A stretch of DNA of 64,000 nt from Candidatus Bathyarchaeota archaeon. GTDB taxonomy: Archaea; Thermoproteota; Bathyarchaeia; Bathyarchaeales; Bathycorpusculaceae. The notes under the pieces are model-generated. The model was given only the letters and a program-made list of their open reading frames with translations. It did not search any database and was not told the origin of the DNA. The stretch lies in contig OY970340.1 in NCBI GenBank assembly GCA_963717465.1, positions 2,880,001-2,944,000 on the forward strand, in the 5' to 3' direction. The position numbers were made by a program, and so were the translations under genes. Of the stretch, positions 42,833-52,358 are shown piece after piece (positions within the stretch are counted from its first letter, which is position 1; each line of letters starts with the position of its first letter).

Positions 42833-44426
42833 TCAGTTCAACTTTTTTGAGACGTAAACTCCATCGCGCAAGTAACCCAAATGCATGTAGTATCTTTTTG
42901 TGCCTAACGCACTTATAACAAACAGCTTTTTTAAACCATACGCTTCTCGGGCAACCCGTTCAGCCTCTTCCAACAAGGTTTTGCCATAGCCCTTATGCTG
43001 CCAGGCACCGTCAACACGTTTACCGACAGGCACTAAGGACCCATAAACATGCAGTTCTCTAACAATACCTAAGGGGACAGGTGACAGTTCAGGCCTGTAG
43101 ACCTTAGCTGAAGGCAAACGTAACCGTAAATAACCTAGCTAAAACATTGTTTTCGTGGTCTTCCGCGGAAATGAAGATTTCCTTGCCTTCTGAGGCGTCA
43201 TAAGTTAGGGTTGAAATTTTGATGTTTCCCAAGTCAGGCTTTACATGGTCGATTGCCATTCGGTGTCCAACTTCTCTGCAGCGAATACAATTGCATCTAA
43301 TATGCTCCTTGGAGAGTTTTTCGTTGACGAGTTGGCGAAGGTTACTTTTGTTTACACCTGCCAGAATTAACCGTGCAGGTATATCGCGTTGAACTCGCAT
43401 CACTCTAACCCACGGTGGCAAAGTTTTTTTAATTTCAGCAATTACGTCTACGGCTTCGCTTGTCGTATAAGGTGTATAGGTTCCCTTTTGGTACCAATCG
43501 TAAGCTTTTGTGCCTGCTATAGTTAAGCAGGGATAGATTTTTATCATGTCTGGCTTGAACGCTGGGTCAGAAAAAACCTTTCTGAACACTTCAAGATCTT
43601 TTTTCTGGTCGGATCCGGGCATTCCAGGCATTAAGTGGTACACAATTTTCAACCCGGCATCCTTAGCGATTTGTGTGGCTTCTGTAACGTCTGCTACGGT
43701 GTGTTTTCTACCGACTAACCGGTATATTGCGTCATCAGGATTTTGTACGCCAAGCTCCAAACGTGTAACACCCATATCAAGCAGAGAGTTGACGTGGGAT
43801 TGTTTTGCCCAATCGGGGCGTGTTTCGACCGTTATGCCAACGTTTCGAATGTTGCTTGTTTCAGCGTTGGTTTTTGCTTCTTGCAAGTTTGATGAAGAGA
43901 TACCGGTGATTGCATCTAAACAACGTTGAATAAACCATGTTTGATATTCGAGTTCAGTGGATGGGAAGGTGCCGCCCATTATGATTAATTCTATTTTGTC
44001 GACTTTATGTCCGATTGCTGTTAATTGTTCGATGCGGCTTTTAACCTGATTGTAGGGGTCGTAATTGTTTTGGCTTCCGCGCATGGCTGCTGGTTCATGT
44101 CCAGTGTAACTTTGTGGAACGCCCATTGCTGGTCCACCTGGACAGTAAGCACACGGCTCAGGCTGTGGACAAGCGTGCGGTTTAGTCATTACGGCAACCA
44201 CTGTCACGCCTGAAATTGTCCGAGTTATCTTTCGCTTAAGCGCATGCAATAATTTGGGGTTTTCTTCAGGGGTTAAACTGCTAATTAAATCCGCGTTGGA
44301 GGGAATTTCTGCAAGATGATATTTTGATGCAACTTGAAGTTTAATTCGGTTTACATCATCATGAGTGGGGGAAGGTAAAAGAAGAAGGGCAGTTATGATT
44401 TCACGAATAGGAACTTCAATACTCAA
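42833..44426 (-). CDS. elp3: Elp3 radical SAM / KAT tRNA U34 carboxymethyltransferase (frameshift near 43130)
   Basis: CPQPEPCAYCP, PQSYTGHEPA, MGGTF, ETRPD and RVQRDIP; then VRELHVYG and WQHKGYGK. Confidence 0.95.
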
Positions 44427-44512
44427 TTACAAGTACCAAACTATTTCTTGCAAGCTGATAAATAAACTACTCTGGCGAATAGTGAAATTTAGCTTGGAAA
44501 ATTTTGGTTCGT

Positions 44513-44674
44513 TTACATCCAATTTTGCCCTGGTTTCCGCTGCAGAAGAACACGTTTTTCATAGTTACGTCTGCTTCGGTTTCTTGGGCTTGGAGATTTT
44601 TTCGGCTGCGCCTGTATTTTCGGCGTTTGAGACCTGACTTTTCCAGCTTTAGACAGTGAACCGTGAGTTGGCAT
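44513..44674 (-). CDS. rps30e: 30S ribosomal protein S30e (53 aa; absent from the ORF track)
   Basis: Translated by hand: [53 protein letters not shown], containing the HGSLxxAGKVRxQTPK signature. Confidence 0.96.
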   Translation of the reverse strand: MPTHGSLSKAGKVRSQTPKIQAQPKKSPSPRNRSRRNYEKRVLLQRKPGQNWM

Positions 44675-45036
44675 ACTTACACCTTTTGTGTGTTAAAAAA
44701 CATAAAGCGTGCTCTTAAACCTTGCCCATTAAACTATCTTTTCAACGTTAGTTATCTCAAACAGGTTATGGCCACAAATAGCTCAATGCTTGCATATTCA
44801 TGGAAGCCCAAGCTTTCGCATTATTAAAATGTCTAAGTCTGTTTCAATTGATAAATTTCTCTGAACACACTTTGAATATTAAAATCAGTTCTGCAATTAA
44901 GTATTTTAATGCAAATTGTAGATTTCTTTCTTTTAAAAATTTTGCCAATAGAATAATGTTTCATGCACCTATTTAAACGAGCGTTCGGAAGGTAGTTATT
45001 AGTTTTAAAAATTAAAAAGGAGAAGGGAAAATAAAA

Positions 45037-45486
45037 ATGAAGAACTATTACAGAAAATTCCGCAAGAACATGAAAGCAATCTCACCAATAATTTCGACAC
45101 TACTATTAATCGCAATCGCAGTCGTAGCGGCACTAGTGACTTATGCATGGGTTATGGGGTACATTGGCTTCCAGACAAGCAAATCTGGTGATTCAATACA
45201 AATACAAAGTGTAACAGATAATAATTCAACTGGTGTGCTAACTGTCTATGTGCAGAATACTGGTCAGGCGTCAGAAACTTTCAATAGCGCCAGTCTTTAC
45301 GTTAACGGCACACAAATGGCAATATCTTCAGGCACAGGTTCAATCAGTCCTGGTGGTACTGTGACACTTGTGGCAAATGTGCCCAGTGGTGTAACTGGTG
45401 TAACTATTGTGAGCGGTGCTCAGGCGACGATAAAGGTAACCGCAACTGATGGAACATATAATCAAGCAACAGAGACTTTGCCGTAA
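45037..45486 (+). CDS. Archaeal type IV pilin (probable major pilin)
   Basis: Class III signal peptide (basic leader, KA|ISPIISTLLLIAIAVV); TATTTAAA and GGAG upstream; first gene of the pilus operon. Confidence 0.9.
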   Translation: MKNYYRKFRKNMKAISPIISTLLLIAIAVVAALVTYAWVMGYIGFQTSKSGDSIQIQSVTDNNSTGVLTVYVQNTGQASETFNSASLYVNGTQMAISSGTGSISPGGTVTLVANVPSGVTGVTIVSGAQATIKVTATDGTYNQATETLP

Positions 45487-45494
45487 GAAAATGA

Positions 45495-47213
45495 TTGCTC
45501 AAAAACCTTTTTTTCCCTATTTTTGACTTAAATATAGTGTTTAATTGGTTTGGATGTTCAATATGGTATCTAACAAGCAGACTAGGAAAGCTCTTCAATC
45601 GAAAGAAACCCGCAGATACTTCATTGGATAGCGTTGATAGCAGTAGCAAGGGTGAGAAAAATGTTCTTTCCTCAAGTTTAGAAGGTCAAATTGCCGAGTC
45701 TGAACTATCTGTGACTAAAAATCCTGCTTCGATCGATAATGACACAGTTTTGGAAAGCTATTCTCTTAACGGTCCTTACGCTATCGTAAATATCATAAGG
45801 GATCCAGTCAGGGGCACCGTGACTTATACGGTTAAAGAGCCAGAACTCAGCAAAAGCGATGTTGCGAATCTTCAGCGTTTGAAAGGAATTCTTAATGAAA
45901 TATTACAGCTTAAGCAGTCCGAGCTGGAGTCAAAACAAGCTGCTGGAGAATACCTGGTTAAAAAATGTAATGAGGTTCTTGATAATTACCGTTTCAATTT
46001 AAGCAGTAAAACTCGAAGTAAACTGCTTTATTATATTGTCAGGGACAATCTTGGTTTTGGAAAAATCGATGCATTAATGCACGATCCACTAATTGAAGAT
46101 ATATCCTGCGATGGAGTTAATGTGCCGATGTTTATTTGGCACAGAAAATTTGAGTCCATTCCGACCAATATCTACTTTAAAGACTCAGATGAACTTGACA
46201 CTTACGCTTTAAGGCTTGCTTACCAATGCGGCAGTCACGTTTCGATTGCACAACCTTTACTTGACGCAAGCCTACCTGACGGCAGCAGAATAAACTTAAC
46301 GTATGGAAGCGAAGTAACTCGCAAAGGTTCAACTTTCACCATCAGAAAGTTCAAACTGGACCCCTTCACAATTACAGACCTGATAACTTTCAAGTCAATA
46401 TCGCCTCAGTTAGCTGCATTCTTATGGTACGCAGTAGAAAACCGAGTTTCCATTCTGGTAGCAGGGGGAATAGCCTCAGGAAAGACCACTCTACTCAACT
46501 GTCTAAGCATGTTCATAAAACCCGACCTAAAAATAGTATCAATTGAAGACACGCCAGAGATTAATCTTCCTCATGAAAACTGGATTCCCGCTGTAACCAG
46601 AACACATTTTGGTCTCGCGACAGAAAATGCCGATATTTCATTATTCGATCTGCTAAAAGCTTCACTGCGGCAGAGACCAGACTATATAATTGTGGGTGAA
46701 ATCAGAGGAACAGAAGCTTACACGCTATTTCAAGCGGTCAGTACCGGACACTTAGGAATGTCTACGGTACATGCAGAATCAGTGGAATCAACCGTGTACC
46801 GGTTGGAGTCAGCTCCCATGAACATCCCTCGAACTCTTATCGCAGGGATTGATATTATTCTTATTCAAAAAAGGCTAGAAATAAACGGTAAATCAACGAG
46901 GAAAACTGTAGCTGCCTCTGAAATAGTAGGCTTGGATCCTCGATCTGGAGAAATTCTCACAAACGAAGTCTACAGATGGAATGCGGCTGAGGATGCTTTT
47001 GATTATACGGGCCGAAGTTATATCTTGGAAAAGATTTCTGAAAAGTTAGGCATTTCTCCTGAGAAAGCTGTGGAAGAAATTGATCGCAGGGCAAAGGTTA
47101 TTGAATGGATGGTAAGGAGGAATCTTCGCAACTACAAAGATGTTTCAAACATAATAAGAAGTTACCTTGAAAACCCAGCGCCTTTATTAGCGGAGGCTTT
47201 GAAAGACGAATAA
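45495..47213 (+). CDS. Type IV pilus assembly ATPase (archaeal PilB/FlaI family); start uncertain
   Basis: IEDISCDG, GSTFTIRKF, GGIASGKTT, SIEDTPE, LRQRPDYIIVGEIRG and TGH..STVHA. Confidence 0.94.
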   Translation: MLKNLFFPIFDLNIVFNWFGCSIWYLTSRLGKLFNRKKPADTSLDSVDSSSKGEKNVLSSSLEGQIAESELSVTKNPASIDNDTVLESYSLNGPYAIVNIIRDPVRGTVTYTVKEPELSKSDVANLQRLKGILNEILQLKQSELESKQAAGEYLVKKCNEVLDNYRFNLSSKTRSKLLYYIVRDNLGFGKIDALMHDPLIEDISCDGVNVPMFIWHRKFESIPTNIYFKDSDELDTYALRLAYQCGSHVSIAQPLLDASLPDGSRINLTYGSEVTRKGSTFTIRKFKLDPFTITDLITFKSISPQLAAFLWYAVENRVSILVAGGIASGKTTLLNCLSMFIKPDLKIVSIEDTPEINLPHENWIPAVTRTHFGLATENADISLFDLLKASLRQRPDYIIVGEIRGTEAYTLFQAVSTGHLGMSTVHAESVESTVYRLESAPMNIPRTLIAGIDIILIQKRLEINGKSTRKTVAASEIVGLDPRSGEILTNEVYRWNAAEDAFDYTGRSYILEKISEKLGISPEKAVEEIDRRAKVIEWMVRRNLRNYKDVSNIIRSYLENPAPLLAEALKDE

Positions 47214-47217
47214 ACAG

Positions 47218-48066
47218 TTGCTTTCTGTGTTTCTGCGAATAACTGAAGTGATGCCTAAAAAGATTGTTTCTGGGTTTGAATCCATTAAGATTGACTTAGC
47301 AAGAGCAAATTTGACAATTACGTATGAAGCATATTTGGGTCTAACTTTTTTCATGTCAATTGTTTCTGCAATAGTTATCTCATCAGTCTTCGTAATTTTA
47401 ACAGCTTCTGTTTTCTGGTCAGTTTTAATCGGTTTATTAGTCCTTCTCTGTTCCTTTAGTGTCTGTTACGCTTATCCTTATCTCAGCATCTCTTCAAAAA
47501 CCAGAAAAATAGATGCAAGCCTTCCGTTAACCGCAAACTTTATGGCGGTACTAGCTAGCTCGGGTATGCCTCCAGAGCGTATTTTTCGCTCGTTAGCCAA
47601 AGTTGGAGATGAATTTGGAGTAGGTGAAGAAGCCCGCAGAATAATTGGCGATATTGAGTTGCTCGGTCTTGATTTGAATGCTGCAATTAGAAGAGGTTCA
47701 ATAAGGTCAGCGTCTAAAAAGTTCGCCTCCATGCTCGATGGTGTTATCACTACTGCTCATATGGGTGGAGACTTAGCTGGTTATCTCAGGGAAGAGTCTG
47801 AAAAGTACAAGAAAGCAAGAGTTGCATCTATGAAAGGATATATTGATAGTCTGGGCGGCATGGCTGAAATCTACGTGACCCTTATGATCGCTCTTCCGCT
47901 TGCATTAGTCGTTATGCTTTCAATAATGTCGTTTCTTGGTGGCGGCGCCTCGATGTTGGGAAACATTGACCCGCAAACGTTACTGTTAATGGTTGCCTTT
48001 CTCATTACGCCTGCAGGCGCAGCTATTCTCCTATTAATAGTTGATTCGATGGCTCCTCCGAGGTAA
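47218..48066 (+). CDS. Type IV pilus membrane platform protein (TadC/FlaJ, T2SSF domain)
   Basis: IDASLP..MAVLASSGMP, GGDLAGYL and TM helices; directly downstream of the ATPase. Confidence 0.9.
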   Translation: MLSVFLRITEVMPKKIVSGFESIKIDLARANLTITYEAYLGLTFFMSIVSAIVISSVFVILTASVFWSVLIGLLVLLCSFSVCYAYPYLSISSKTRKIDASLPLTANFMAVLASSGMPPERIFRSLAKVGDEFGVGEEARRIIGDIELLGLDLNAAIRRGSIRSASKKFASMLDGVITTAHMGGDLAGYLREESEKYKKARVASMKGYIDSLGGMAEIYVTLMIALPLALVVMLSIMSFLGGGASMLGNIDPQTLLLMVAFLITPAGAAILLLIVDSMAPPR

Positions 48067-48071
48067 AACAA

Positions 48072-48920
48072 ATGCACCAAGTATCTGCAAAGAAAAGAGA
48101 AATAGCCGCTGCTGCATCCGTACTATCTATCGTTGTAGCAATTATCGTTCTGGGAATAATTGACAGCAGCATTCTAATGGTTTATGACAATGAACTATTC
48201 TTAGTAGCTATCCTAGTAATAATTACGCCATCAGCAATACTAGATATTGAAAATCAACGATGGGTATCAGCAATTGAGGATCAATTGCCCACTCTTGTAC
48301 GCGGCGTTTCTGAGTCGCAGGAGACTGGATTAACCTTAGTTAAAGCTTTTGAAAAAGTTGTTGACGATAAAATGATTGGGCACCCATTGTCCGATGAAGT
48401 TAAGAAACTGACGATTCAAATGTCTTGGGGTACATCTTTTGAGCAAGCCCTGACAAACTTTAAGGAACGCATCAAATCGCCTATAGTTAACAGGTTCTGT
48501 GCCTTGGTTCTTGAGGCAAGTCGCTCAGGAGGAACTATTAAGAAAGTTTTCAAGGAAACATCGGGTTTCATGGAAGAAATGAAGGACATGGACAAGGAAG
48601 CGAGTGCACAGATGAAACCTTACATAATAATAATTTATGCTTCCTTTGCAGTTTTTGCAGTCGTAGCAATTTTGCTTGTAAATTCTTTCTTAGGCCCCAT
48701 GCAAGGTGCTCAACAAATAATGAGCCAGTCTTCAATCGGCAGCACAAATAGTTTGAAAGACTTTTTCTACAAGGATATGTTTGTTTCAGCTATTACTGGC
48801 GGGTTGATGGCTGGGAAACTCGGGGAACGTCGAGCTGCTGGAGGCTTTAAGCACGCAATTATTCTTAGTGTAGTTGGTTACGTGCTATTCTTCTTTACAA
48901 TATCGCCAGTTTGGAAGTGA
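48072..48920 (+). CDS. Second TadC/FlaJ-like platform protein
   Basis: IEDQLP..ETGLTL, SRSGG and GLMAGKLGE..GFKH. Confidence 0.9.
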   Translation: MHQVSAKKREIAAAASVLSIVVAIIVLGIIDSSILMVYDNELFLVAILVIITPSAILDIENQRWVSAIEDQLPTLVRGVSESQETGLTLVKAFEKVVDDKMIGHPLSDEVKKLTIQMSWGTSFEQALTNFKERIKSPIVNRFCALVLEASRSGGTIKKVFKETSGFMEEMKDMDKEASAQMKPYIIIIYASFAVFAVVAILLVNSFLGPMQGAQQIMSQSSIGSTNSLKDFFYKDMFVSAITGGLMAGKLGERRAAGGFKHAIILSVVGYVLFFFTISPVWK

Positions 48921-48924
48921 AAAA

Positions 48925-49377
48925 ATGAAAAGACTTTGGAGCAACAAAAGCGGCATATCAGTAGTCATTTCATCCATCTTGATGATATTAATTACTGTTG
49001 TCGGCATGGGCATAGTCTTTGCTTTCGTCGCTGGATACTGCTCCACTTATCAGACTGGAGTAGGCAGCTCAGTGATGGAATCGCTGACTGTTGAAGATAT
49101 TTGGCTTCAAGGAAATAATGGTGCCTATAACAATACTGCAGTTATAGCAATTTATAATTCTGGAAACATTGATACAACTATTAACGGCATTTACGTCAAT
49201 GGAAATGCTACATATGTAACTGGGACGAATTTTAATCTCAACATTAACGTACCAGTTGGGCAGCACGTAATTGTCACAGTGCAAGGTCCAGTGCCTTGGC
49301 AGTCTTACGATCGATATGATTTTAAAGTTTCAACTACAAGGGGGTCGGTTTTTGATCAATCTATTTCAGCTTCGTAA
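48925..49377 (+). CDS. Minor pilin (class III signal peptide)
   Basis: MKRLWSNKSG|ISVVISSILMILITVV; YNSG motif. Confidence 0.85.
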   Translation: MKRLWSNKSGISVVISSILMILITVVGMGIVFAFVAGYCSTYQTGVGSSVMESLTVEDIWLQGNNGAYNNTAVIAIYNSGNIDTTINGIYVNGNATYVTGTNFNLNINVPVGQHVIVTVQGPVPWQSYDRYDFKVSTTRGSVFDQSISAS

Positions 49378-49387
49378 AGGTGAGTTC

Positions 49388-49810
49388 ATGTTGAAATTTA
49401 TTAAGAATAAAAAAGGTGTAGCTGAAGTAATTGGTACAATAATGGCGATACTCATATTACTGTTCTTTTTCGCGAATGTTTATTTGTTTAATGATGTGGC
49501 TACGAAGCAAATGGATTCAATGTACAATCAGAAAATGAATTCGCTAATTACTGTTAGCTTGTCACCTGATAATTCAAGTTTAATTGTGACAAATACGGGC
49601 GGAGAAGACACTGCGCTTACAATGCTGTGGCTGGATAGCGGCAGTGGCCCGAACCAGATTCATGCGAACTACGCTCTCAGCAGTACGCTATATGTAGTGC
49701 CGGCTGGTCAGAACATAACTATACCTTCATATTATAATGCCACTTTGGGACCGACTACTTTCAAGGTTATAACAACTCTTGGAAATTCAGCATCTTGCTC
49801 TATACAATGA
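49388..49810 (+). CDS. Minor pilin (class III signal peptide)
   Basis: MLKFIKNKKG|VAEVIGTIMAILILL, VTNTGG and FKVITTLGN; GGTGAG SD upstream. Confidence 0.85.
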   Translation: MLKFIKNKKGVAEVIGTIMAILILLFFFANVYLFNDVATKQMDSMYNQKMNSLITVSLSPDNSSLIVTNTGGEDTALTMLWLDSGSGPNQIHANYALSSTLYVVPAGQNITIPSYYNATLGPTTFKVITTLGNSASCSIQ

Positions 49811-49909
49811 ATATTTTGATTAGAGCTTCCGGCCTTGCTTCTTCTGATCGGCGGTCGGTGAAAGGTTAGTGGTTTTGGTGCCGGAAAAAGTGCAAAATCG
49901 CATTTTATA

Positions 49910-49953
49910 AAAATCTCGGAAAACCCACGAATAGCATGGAAAATCTCGGAAAA
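49910..49953 (+). repeat. 14-bp direct repeat, two copies, 30-bp period
   Basis: aaaatctcggaaaa at 49910-49923 and 49940-49953. Confidence 0.75.
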
Positions 49954-50013
49954 GCCAGAATACTCTTGGATGATAATGATGGTTAATGAAGGCAACTGTT
50001 TCTTCGGTTCTCT

Positions 50014-50239
50014 GGTTTAACTTTGGGTTTAACTTTTTAGTTGTCTGTTCAATTTTTGATTCAACTTTTTTCTTGGTTCAACTTTAGGTTAACTCTATCG
50101 CTACCGTTAATCGATAACTTAGTTCAAAGGAACCAAAATGAACCGAAAAGAGATTACTGGAGTTGACTGTTAATCGCTTAGGTGACAATCAAGAAATCAA
50201 CTGCCTTTGGTGACCTTGGTTCAACTGTGGTTTAACTTT
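50014..50239 (+). repeat. Array of ~8 same-strand copies of GGTTYAACTTT, arranged as tandem pairs
   Basis: Copies at 50014, 50026, 50046 (degenerate), 50058, 50075, ~50087 (1-nt short), 50218 and 50229. Confidence 0.75.
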
Positions 50240-50391
50240 ATCCAGGAATAAATTAAATTAATTTGGATAGGCAGATTAAACGTTTGATGCCGCCTAGAAG
50301 TCTGGGCGGTCAAGTTCAATTGGTCAAAAGTAAATTTTGAACAAATGAAGAATGGAAACTCGCTTTATTCTAATTCGTCCATTTTTTAGTT

Positions 50392-50850
50392 TTAGTTTGT
50401 CCATGTTAGATAACTAGTATAGGATTCTAACGCTTGCCCAGTGTATGGAAACTGGAGGTTTATTGTTTCGAATGCTCCTGCATTAAGGGAATTAATGGTT
50501 GCATTAGTATCCAGAGCGGTTATGTTTCCATCTTGAAGAGCTTTAACGTTGACTTTGCAGTTATTTGCTGTAATGCTCCCAACGTTAACTACATAACCAG
50601 TTATTTGGAGAAAAGGCGAATTTGTATTTGAGCGGTTGTCGGTGTACTGGAAACCAATGCTTTCGAGATTGGGTTCAGTTAATTGTTTTTGGAGGCTGAC
50701 TATTTGGTTATTTTTGTCGTTTAGAATGCTGTTTTGTTGTGTGTATAGGATTGATAAAGCGCTTAATGCCACTAAGACAATTATGACGAGTGCCGAAAGG
50801 ATAACAACTATGCTGCTTGAATGCTTAGATTGCTCACCCATTTCTATCAA
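50392..50850 (-). CDS. Membrane-anchored protein with Ig-like (FxLYD/CARDB-like) domain
   Basis: N-terminal TM helix, short coiled coil, then ITGYVVNVG..LNAG. Confidence 0.75.
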   Translation of the reverse strand: MIEMGEQSKHSSSIVVILSALVIIVLVALSALSILYTQQNSILNDKNNQIVSLQKQLTEPNLESIGFQYTDNRSNTNSPFLQITGYVVNVGSITANNCKVNVKALQDGNITALDTNATINSLNAGAFETINLQFPYTGQALESYTSYLTWTN

Positions 50851-50922
50851 CCTGAAGGAGTATTGTTCTGACGAATTATATACATTTACGTAAATAATTT
50901 TGATGCTGAAACAATCAGCAAG

Positions 50923-52098
50923 TTATTTTATTTTAGAGTAACGTTCTCTAATGTGAATTTTTGTTGGTCTGATAATGTTTAAGCCGTTGATTATCCATTC
51001 GCCGGCGCCTAGACTTGGTAATTGTTGGTTGCTTCCTAAAATCATGTTCTGAAGATAGGCTATATCTTGAGGGTCAATGGTTCTTCCGATTATTTGTGTC
51101 TGTAACTGTGATAATATTTTACCGCCAAGCAAGGTTGGATGAGACGTAAGAAGAATTACTCCAAAGCATCCTTTCGCTTCAAGAACTTCCTCAATTGCTT
51201 GTGGCGAAACATTTTCTGCATTTTCTACAATCAGCACTTTTGGCGAAACGGCATTGCCTCGTTTATCATTGATTAATGCGCTTAAAAGATTTGTATAAGA
51301 CTTTGATTTTTCTGCCAGTAATGAATTCTCTGTTGTTAATATGGCAACTTGCCGCTGTTCGATTTTCTTTAATATTTCTGCACTATTTTTTGAGGCCTCA
51401 ATATTAACTGTTACCGTTAAAAAATCGAATGGGTAGCCTCGTCTTTGATTTGCAGCCGTACCAACTGTTGTATATTCACTGTTTGCGTCAAGAATTATTA
51501 CTTGCTGATCTGTCTTATTTGCAAGCTCCTCAACGATGACAGCGGCTGTATGAGTTTTTCCCACGCCGTCAACTGCTGAAATCAAGACGTTTTTGCTAGT
51601 GGCATCAGCGGCGTCCAGATGAAAGCTTACTTGCTGATTACTCGCTTCAGTTGAGGCACCGGTAAAGTCTGTATTCCCTAAATAAATCGGGGTTTTATGA
51701 GGTTTTCCCCCGTTTCCCCTGTTAAACACGTCTTCTAAAAATTTTGTGTAGGGTACGTATACGCGGCTTCCCGGGTTGGGTGGTGTAAGCAGCTTTTTCA
51801 GTGGCCTAGGCTCATTTCTTAAGTCAAAGTAGCCTATTATTTGAGCCGTTGCGTGGAGTCTGCCTACTCGTTCGCCGATTGTCGAGCCAGCAACTTCTTC
51901 ATAACTGGTTATGTCTTTTACTTCAGCGATAACTTGGCAGGAATCGCCGTTTTTTGGGTGATCAAGGCAAATGATGTCTTCTTTTTGGATGCTTTCGCGA
52001 TTTTTGGGAGGACTGATTAGAAAGCTAAACTGGTTTGTGCTGGTATCATTAGTAACTAGCCCAAAATGTTCTTTTATCCGCACATTTGAAAGATCCAT
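50923..52098 (-). CDS. HerA/FtsK-like P-loop protein with N-terminal HAS-barrel; ATPase motifs degenerate
   Basis: beta-rich N-domain ending PPNPGSRVY, Walker A-like AVDGVGKT, IILDANSEY and ILSQLQTQIIGR..PQD..PSLGAGEWII. Confidence 0.75.
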   Translation of the reverse strand: MDLSNVRIKEHFGLVTNDTSTNQFSFLISPPKNRESIQKEDIICLDHPKNGDSCQVIAEVKDITSYEEVAGSTIGERVGRLHATAQIIGYFDLRNEPRPLKKLLTPPNPGSRVYVPYTKFLEDVFNRGNGGKPHKTPIYLGNTDFTGASTEASNQQVSFHLDAADATSKNVLISAVDGVGKTHTAAVIVEELANKTDQQVIILDANSEYTTVGTAANQRRGYPFDFLTVTVNIEASKNSAEILKKIEQRQVAILTTENSLLAEKSKSYTNLLSALINDKRGNAVSPKVLIVENAENVSPQAIEEVLEAKGCFGVILLTSHPTLLGGKILSQLQTQIIGRTIDPQDIAYLQNMILGSNQQLPSLGAGEWIINGLNIIRPTKIHIRERYSKIK

Positions 52099-52358
52099 GG
52101 GAACTGTACCTCAAGATTTAACTTAATTTATTATTTAATATCAGGATTTTAATTTATCGCATGTGTGCGCTTGTTTGCTACCGTTATTCTCGGATGATAA
52201 TCACTTATGTTTTGTATTTTGCACTTACCTTTTTGCTTAGTTCGGCAATTATAGAACATTACTCCACGGGTTCTTATATATCGCAATAGACCTCCATACG
52301 CCCAAAGGGAGACGGCTTTTTAGCGATAAGTCTCCAAAAAAGAAAGGAATGGAATAAA

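Noticed and set aside
45037..49810. Archaellum (motility) operon
   Set aside because: The N-termini are pilin-type (ISPII..), there are two separate TadC-like genes, and no FlaF/FlaG/FlaH or chemotaxis genes are in the operon.
49732..49995. 87-aa minus-strand ORF with repeated GFSEIF
   Set aside because: The peptide repeat simply reflects the 14-bp DNA repeat. The ORF overlaps a pilin gene in antisense and has no recognisable features.
49811..50391. CRISPR array or canonical ORB replication origin
   Set aside because: The repeats are only 11-14 bp with irregular spacing and no unique ~35-bp spacers. There are no cas genes, no ORB-like box with a G-string and no cdc6 nearby.
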